Shown here in pieces: positions 26,460 through 28,686 of a stretch of 28,686 nt of DNA (positions within the stretch are counted from its first letter, which is position 1; the number at the start of each line of letters is the position of its first letter). The DNA is taken from the IMG/VR virus record IMGVR_UViG_3300037313_001108, positions 1-28,686 of that record; one strand, 5' to 3'. The notes below the pieces were generated by a model that was not told the origin of the DNA, made no database searches, and was given only the letters and a program-made list of their open reading frames with translations. A program made the translations under genes and the position numbers. The stretch comes from a virus (lineage: Duplodnaviria > Caudoviricetes).

Positions 26460-26635
26460 GGGCGGACCAACCGCAGGGAACGGCGCGCGACCGCTGCGCC
26501 GACGGCACGGGCAAGGCGCTGCGCGAAATCTATCCGCCGGACGGCGCGGCCGACGCGACCCTGAACCGGCTGATCGACCAGCTGGGGCAGGTGCCCTGGC
26601 CCAAATCCGAAGGCGAATCCGATGCCCGTCACTGA
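26456..26635 (+). CDS. 59-aa microprotein, NepR-like anti-sigma candidate (absent from the ORF track)
   Basis: ATGA overlap with the upstream gene and overlap with the endolysin start. MRADQPQGTARDRCADGTGKALREIYPPDGAADATLNRLIDQLGQVPWPKSEGESDARH. Confidence 0.6.
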   Translation: MRADQPQGTARDRCADGTGKALREIYPPDGAADATLNRLIDQLGQVPWPKSEGESDARH

Positions 26636-27290
26636 CCTGGTCGACGCGCAGCTGCTGCACGTCGCCGCCCCGGAAAACAGCCTGGACGTCCTGGCGAACT
26701 GGGTCGACCCGATCAAGGCCGGCTGCCGCCGCTTCGGCATCGACACGGTGCGCGAAGTCGCGGCGCTGCTGGCCCAGGCGGGCCATGAAAGCGCCGGCTT
26801 CACCCGCCTGTCGGAAAACCTGAACTATAGCGCGCTGCGCCTAGCCGAAGTCTGGCCGCGCCGCTTCGCCGTCGACCCGAAGGCGAAGCGCAAGGTGCCG
26901 AACGCGCTCGCCTGTCGGCTCAACCGCAACGCCGAAGCGATCGCGAACCAGGTCTATGCGAACCGCATGGGCAACGGCCCGCCGGAATCGGGCGACGGCT
27001 GGCGGCACCGCGGCTTCGGCCCGTTCCAGCTGACGGGGAAGGACAACCAGCAAGCGTTCGGCGACGCGATCGGCAAGCCGCTCGAGGAAGTGCCCGGCTA
27101 TCTGCGCACGATCGAAGGCGGCGCGATGTCGATGTGCTGGTTCTTCAAGGTCAACGGGCTGGAAGACCTGGCGGCGACGCCCGGCGTGACCGACGAAACG
27201 CTGGCCGTGAATGGCGGCCTGAACGGGCTAGCCGACCGCAAGCGGCGGTTCGACGCGGTCGTCAAAGAATTGCTGCGAAGGGGGGCATGA
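26622..27290 (+). CDS. Endolysin, glycoside hydrolase family 19
   Basis: LAQAGHESAGF..LSENLNYSA, YANRMGNG..ESGDGWRHRGFGPFQLTGKDN, VNGGLNGLADR. Confidence 0.93.
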   Translation: MPVTDLVDAQLLHVAAPENSLDVLANWVDPIKAGCRRFGIDTVREVAALLAQAGHESAGFTRLSENLNYSALRLAEVWPRRFAVDPKAKRKVPNALACRLNRNAEAIANQVYANRMGNGPPESGDGWRHRGFGPFQLTGKDNQQAFGDAIGKPLEEVPGYLRTIEGGAMSMCWFFKVNGLEDLAATPGVTDETLAVNGGLNGLADRKRRFDAVVKELLRRGA

Positions 27291-27640
27291 TGTCGCTTAA
27301 TCCGTTTCCGGCTGCCGGTCGCGGGCTGCTGGCCTTCATCGGCTGGGTGCGCACGGCGCTGTGCGCGCTGATGACGCCCGAAGGGCGCCGCGGCTGGGCC
27401 GTGATGATCGCCTTCGGCTGCGGGGTCAGCATGACAGCTTACGCCGCGGCATCGCTCTGGCTGGTGCGCGATCACGCGATGCTGGCCTTCTGGCTGGGCC
27501 TGGCGGCCATGTTCGTCGTGCTGGTCGTCATCACCGCGTTCACCGGCCTGCTGGTGAAGCGCGACATCGGCGGAAGCGTCAGCAAGGAAGGCGGCAGCTT
27601 CACCATCACCCAGCGCGAAGACGACGCGGCGCAGCACTAG
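27287..27640 (+). CDS. Putative holin
   Basis: 117 aa, two to three hydrophobic segments and a charged C-terminus; ATGA overlap with the endolysin stop. Confidence 0.6.
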   Translation: MMSLNPFPAAGRGLLAFIGWVRTALCALMTPEGRRGWAVMIAFGCGVSMTAYAAASLWLVRDHAMLAFWLGLAAMFVVLVVITAFTGLLVKRDIGGSVSKEGGSFTITQREDDAAQH

Positions 27641-27654
27641 CGAAGGGGAACGAA

Positions 27655-28419
27655 ATGCTCGGAATCATCCTGGGAGTCGTCGGCCTGGCTGGCGGCGGCG
27701 GCATCGTCGCGCTGATCGCGAAGTTCGGGCTGAAGGCCGTCCTGGGCGGCGCTGGCAGCTATTTCAAACGGGTGCCGCGCTGGGTCTGGATTGCGTTTGC
27801 GGTCGCCGTTGCGGCCGTCGCGCTGGTCATCTGGCACGGTCACCGGATGAAGGCGCACGACAAGGCGCTGGAAGCCCGCGTGACGGCGCAGGTGAACGCC
27901 CGCTGGCTCGCCGGCGTCGAACGGCTGCGGCAGCAGGCGCATGCCCTGCGCGTGAAGGCCGAAGACCATGCGGCGCAGATCAACACGGCCCTGAAAGGAC
28001 AGCACGATGAAGAGGTTCGCCATATTGTTTCTGACGCTGCTGGTCTGCGCCTGCGCGGACCCGGCATTGCCGCCGCCCAGGCTTGCAGTGGACCCGGAGG
28101 CGCTGCCGGCTTTCCCGTCGGCCCCGGTCGACACGAATCAGCCGGTCAGCCCGCGGGTGCTTCCCCAGGTCAGGTGCCTGCAGCAAACGGGCTTCCCGGA
28201 CTGCCAGCCGAACGGTTCGCCGTCGTCCCCTGGTCCTGGCTTGTCGACACGGCCGCCCAGTGCGACGTCAGCCGCTCCGAAAACCTGACGTGGCGCAGCT
28301 GGCGTGAGCAGCAGGCCGCCGCCTGGGAAGACTATCGGCGCAAGCTGCAGGCGGCCGCCGGCCAGGCCCAGCAATCGACCCCGCGAACGGAAGGAACGAA
28401 CGATGGCAGACGACCTTAG
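27655..28419 (+). CDS. Putative i-spanin (Rz-like)
   Basis: ATG 27655 after AAGGGGA; N-terminal TM segments (WVWIAFAVAVAAVALVIW) then coiled coil; contains a nested lipoprotein ORF. Confidence 0.65.
   Translation: MLGIILGVVGLAGGGGIVALIAKFGLKAVLGGAGSYFKRVPRWVWIAFAVAVAAVALVIWHGHRMKAHDKALEARVTAQVNARWLAGVERLRQQAHALRVKAEDHAAQINTALKGQHDEEVRHIVSDAAGLRLRGPGIAAAQACSGPGGAAGFPVGPGRHESAGQPAGASPGQVPAANGLPGLPAERFAVVPWSWLVDTAAQCDVSRSENLTWRSWREQQAAAWEDYRRKLQAAAGQAQQSTPRTEGTNDGRRP
28007..28288 (+). CDS. Putative o-spanin (Rz1-like lipoprotein), fully nested in the +1 frame
   Basis: MKRFAILFLTLLVCAC lipoprotein signal, Pro-rich mature region, AAGGA upstream. Confidence 0.65.
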   Translation: MKRFAILFLTLLVCACADPALPPPRLAVDPEALPAFPSAPVDTNQPVSPRVLPQVRCLQQTGFPDCQPNGSPSSPGPGLSTRPPSATSAAPKT

Positions 28420-28585
28420 CAAGCGCGGCCGGCAGGACCGCGAACGCATCAGCCTGACCGAAGAATGGGAAGTGCGCCGCTGGTGCGACCATTTCGACGT
28501 GACCGAAGCCAGGCTGCGCGAAGTCGTCGCCGAAGTTGGGCACATGGTCGACGACGTCAGGGCGTTCCTGCAACGCGACGACTAG
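28403..28585 (+). CDS. DUF3606-family small protein
   Basis: MADDLSKRGRQDRERISLTEEWEVRRWCDHFDVTEARLREVVAEVG; AAGGA RBS upstream. Confidence 0.85.
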   Translation: MADDLSKRGRQDRERISLTEEWEVRRWCDHFDVTEARLREVVAEVGHMVDDVRAFLQRDD

Positions 28586-28613
28586 GCGCAACCCAAAGCG
28601 AACGGCAACCGCG

Positions 28614-28642
28614 GGCGGGGTCTTCGGACCCCGCCTTTTTTT
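28614..28642 (+). terminator. Rho-independent terminator ending the late operon
   Basis: GGCGGGGTC-TTCG-GACCCCGCC followed by T7 (cUUCGg tetraloop). Confidence 0.92.
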
Positions 28643-28646
28643 GTGC

Positions 28647-28686
28647 CTATTGCTCGAGCATCGCCGCGGCCTTGGCGGCGATCGCC
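28647..28686 (-). CDS. Possible 3' end of a convergent gene (...AIAAKAAAMLEQ*)
   Basis: Minus-strand frame with GC-typical codons stopping (TAG) 4 nt from the terminator; only 13 codons visible. Confidence 0.3.
   Translation of the reverse strand, partial: AIAAKAAAMLEQ

Larger units (their letters stand above)
1..28642 (+). mobile_element. Lambda-like siphovirus prophage/phage segment (replication, packaging, head, tail, lysis)
   Basis: Co-oriented, tightly coupled (ATGA/GTGA overlaps) run of terminase, portal, capsid, tail tube, tape measure, tail tip and lysis genes. No integrase or att site is visible, so integrated versus free state cannot be decided. Confidence 0.95.

Noticed and set aside
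27287-27292. Met-Met start of the putative holin as a lambda S105/S107 dual-start motif
   Set aside because: No basic residue lies between the two Met codons, so the two products would not differ in charge.
744-28402. Upstream-extended starts given by the ORF track (744, 1514, 7625, 12656, 18273, 20765, 27134, 27361, 28304)
   Set aside because: The extensions overlap upstream genes. Downstream starts with an RBS or stop/start overlap (777, 1634, 7655, 13064, 18699, 20852, 27287, 27655, 28403) fit better.

Overview
The whole window is the replication-to-lysis arm of a GC-rich, lambda-like siphophage or prophage. An alphaproteobacterial (probably sphingomonad-like) host is inferred from the protein families; no integrase or att site is in the window. 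Gene order on the + strand: DnaG-type primase core, PAPS-reductase-like protein, D5/P4-type SF3 helicase, iteron-rich putative origin, DUF6362-like regulator, lambda-type cos site, terS/terL, gpW, portal, protease-capsid fusion, head and neck genes, tail tube, G/GT chaperones (-1 frameshift), tape measure with a CHAP-like domain, Dit/hub/NlpC/J tail-tip genes and a fibre-like protein carrying a signal peptide. A minus-strand GT-C glycosyltransferase moron follows, then the lysis cassette (GH19 endolysin, holin, nested spanins), DUF3606 and a terminator. Most notable: (i) DnaG appears split, with its C-terminal helical segment fused to the helicase and a PAPS-reductase-like gene sitting exactly at the break between 11-bp direct repeats; (ii) two different domains are each inserted twice into different tail proteins; (iii) an unannotated NepR-like anti-sigma microprotein lies in the lysis cassette; (iv) a Sec-signal fibre-like protein is paired with a GT-C glycosyltransferase. 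All family assignments come from motif recognition by eye, not from database searches.
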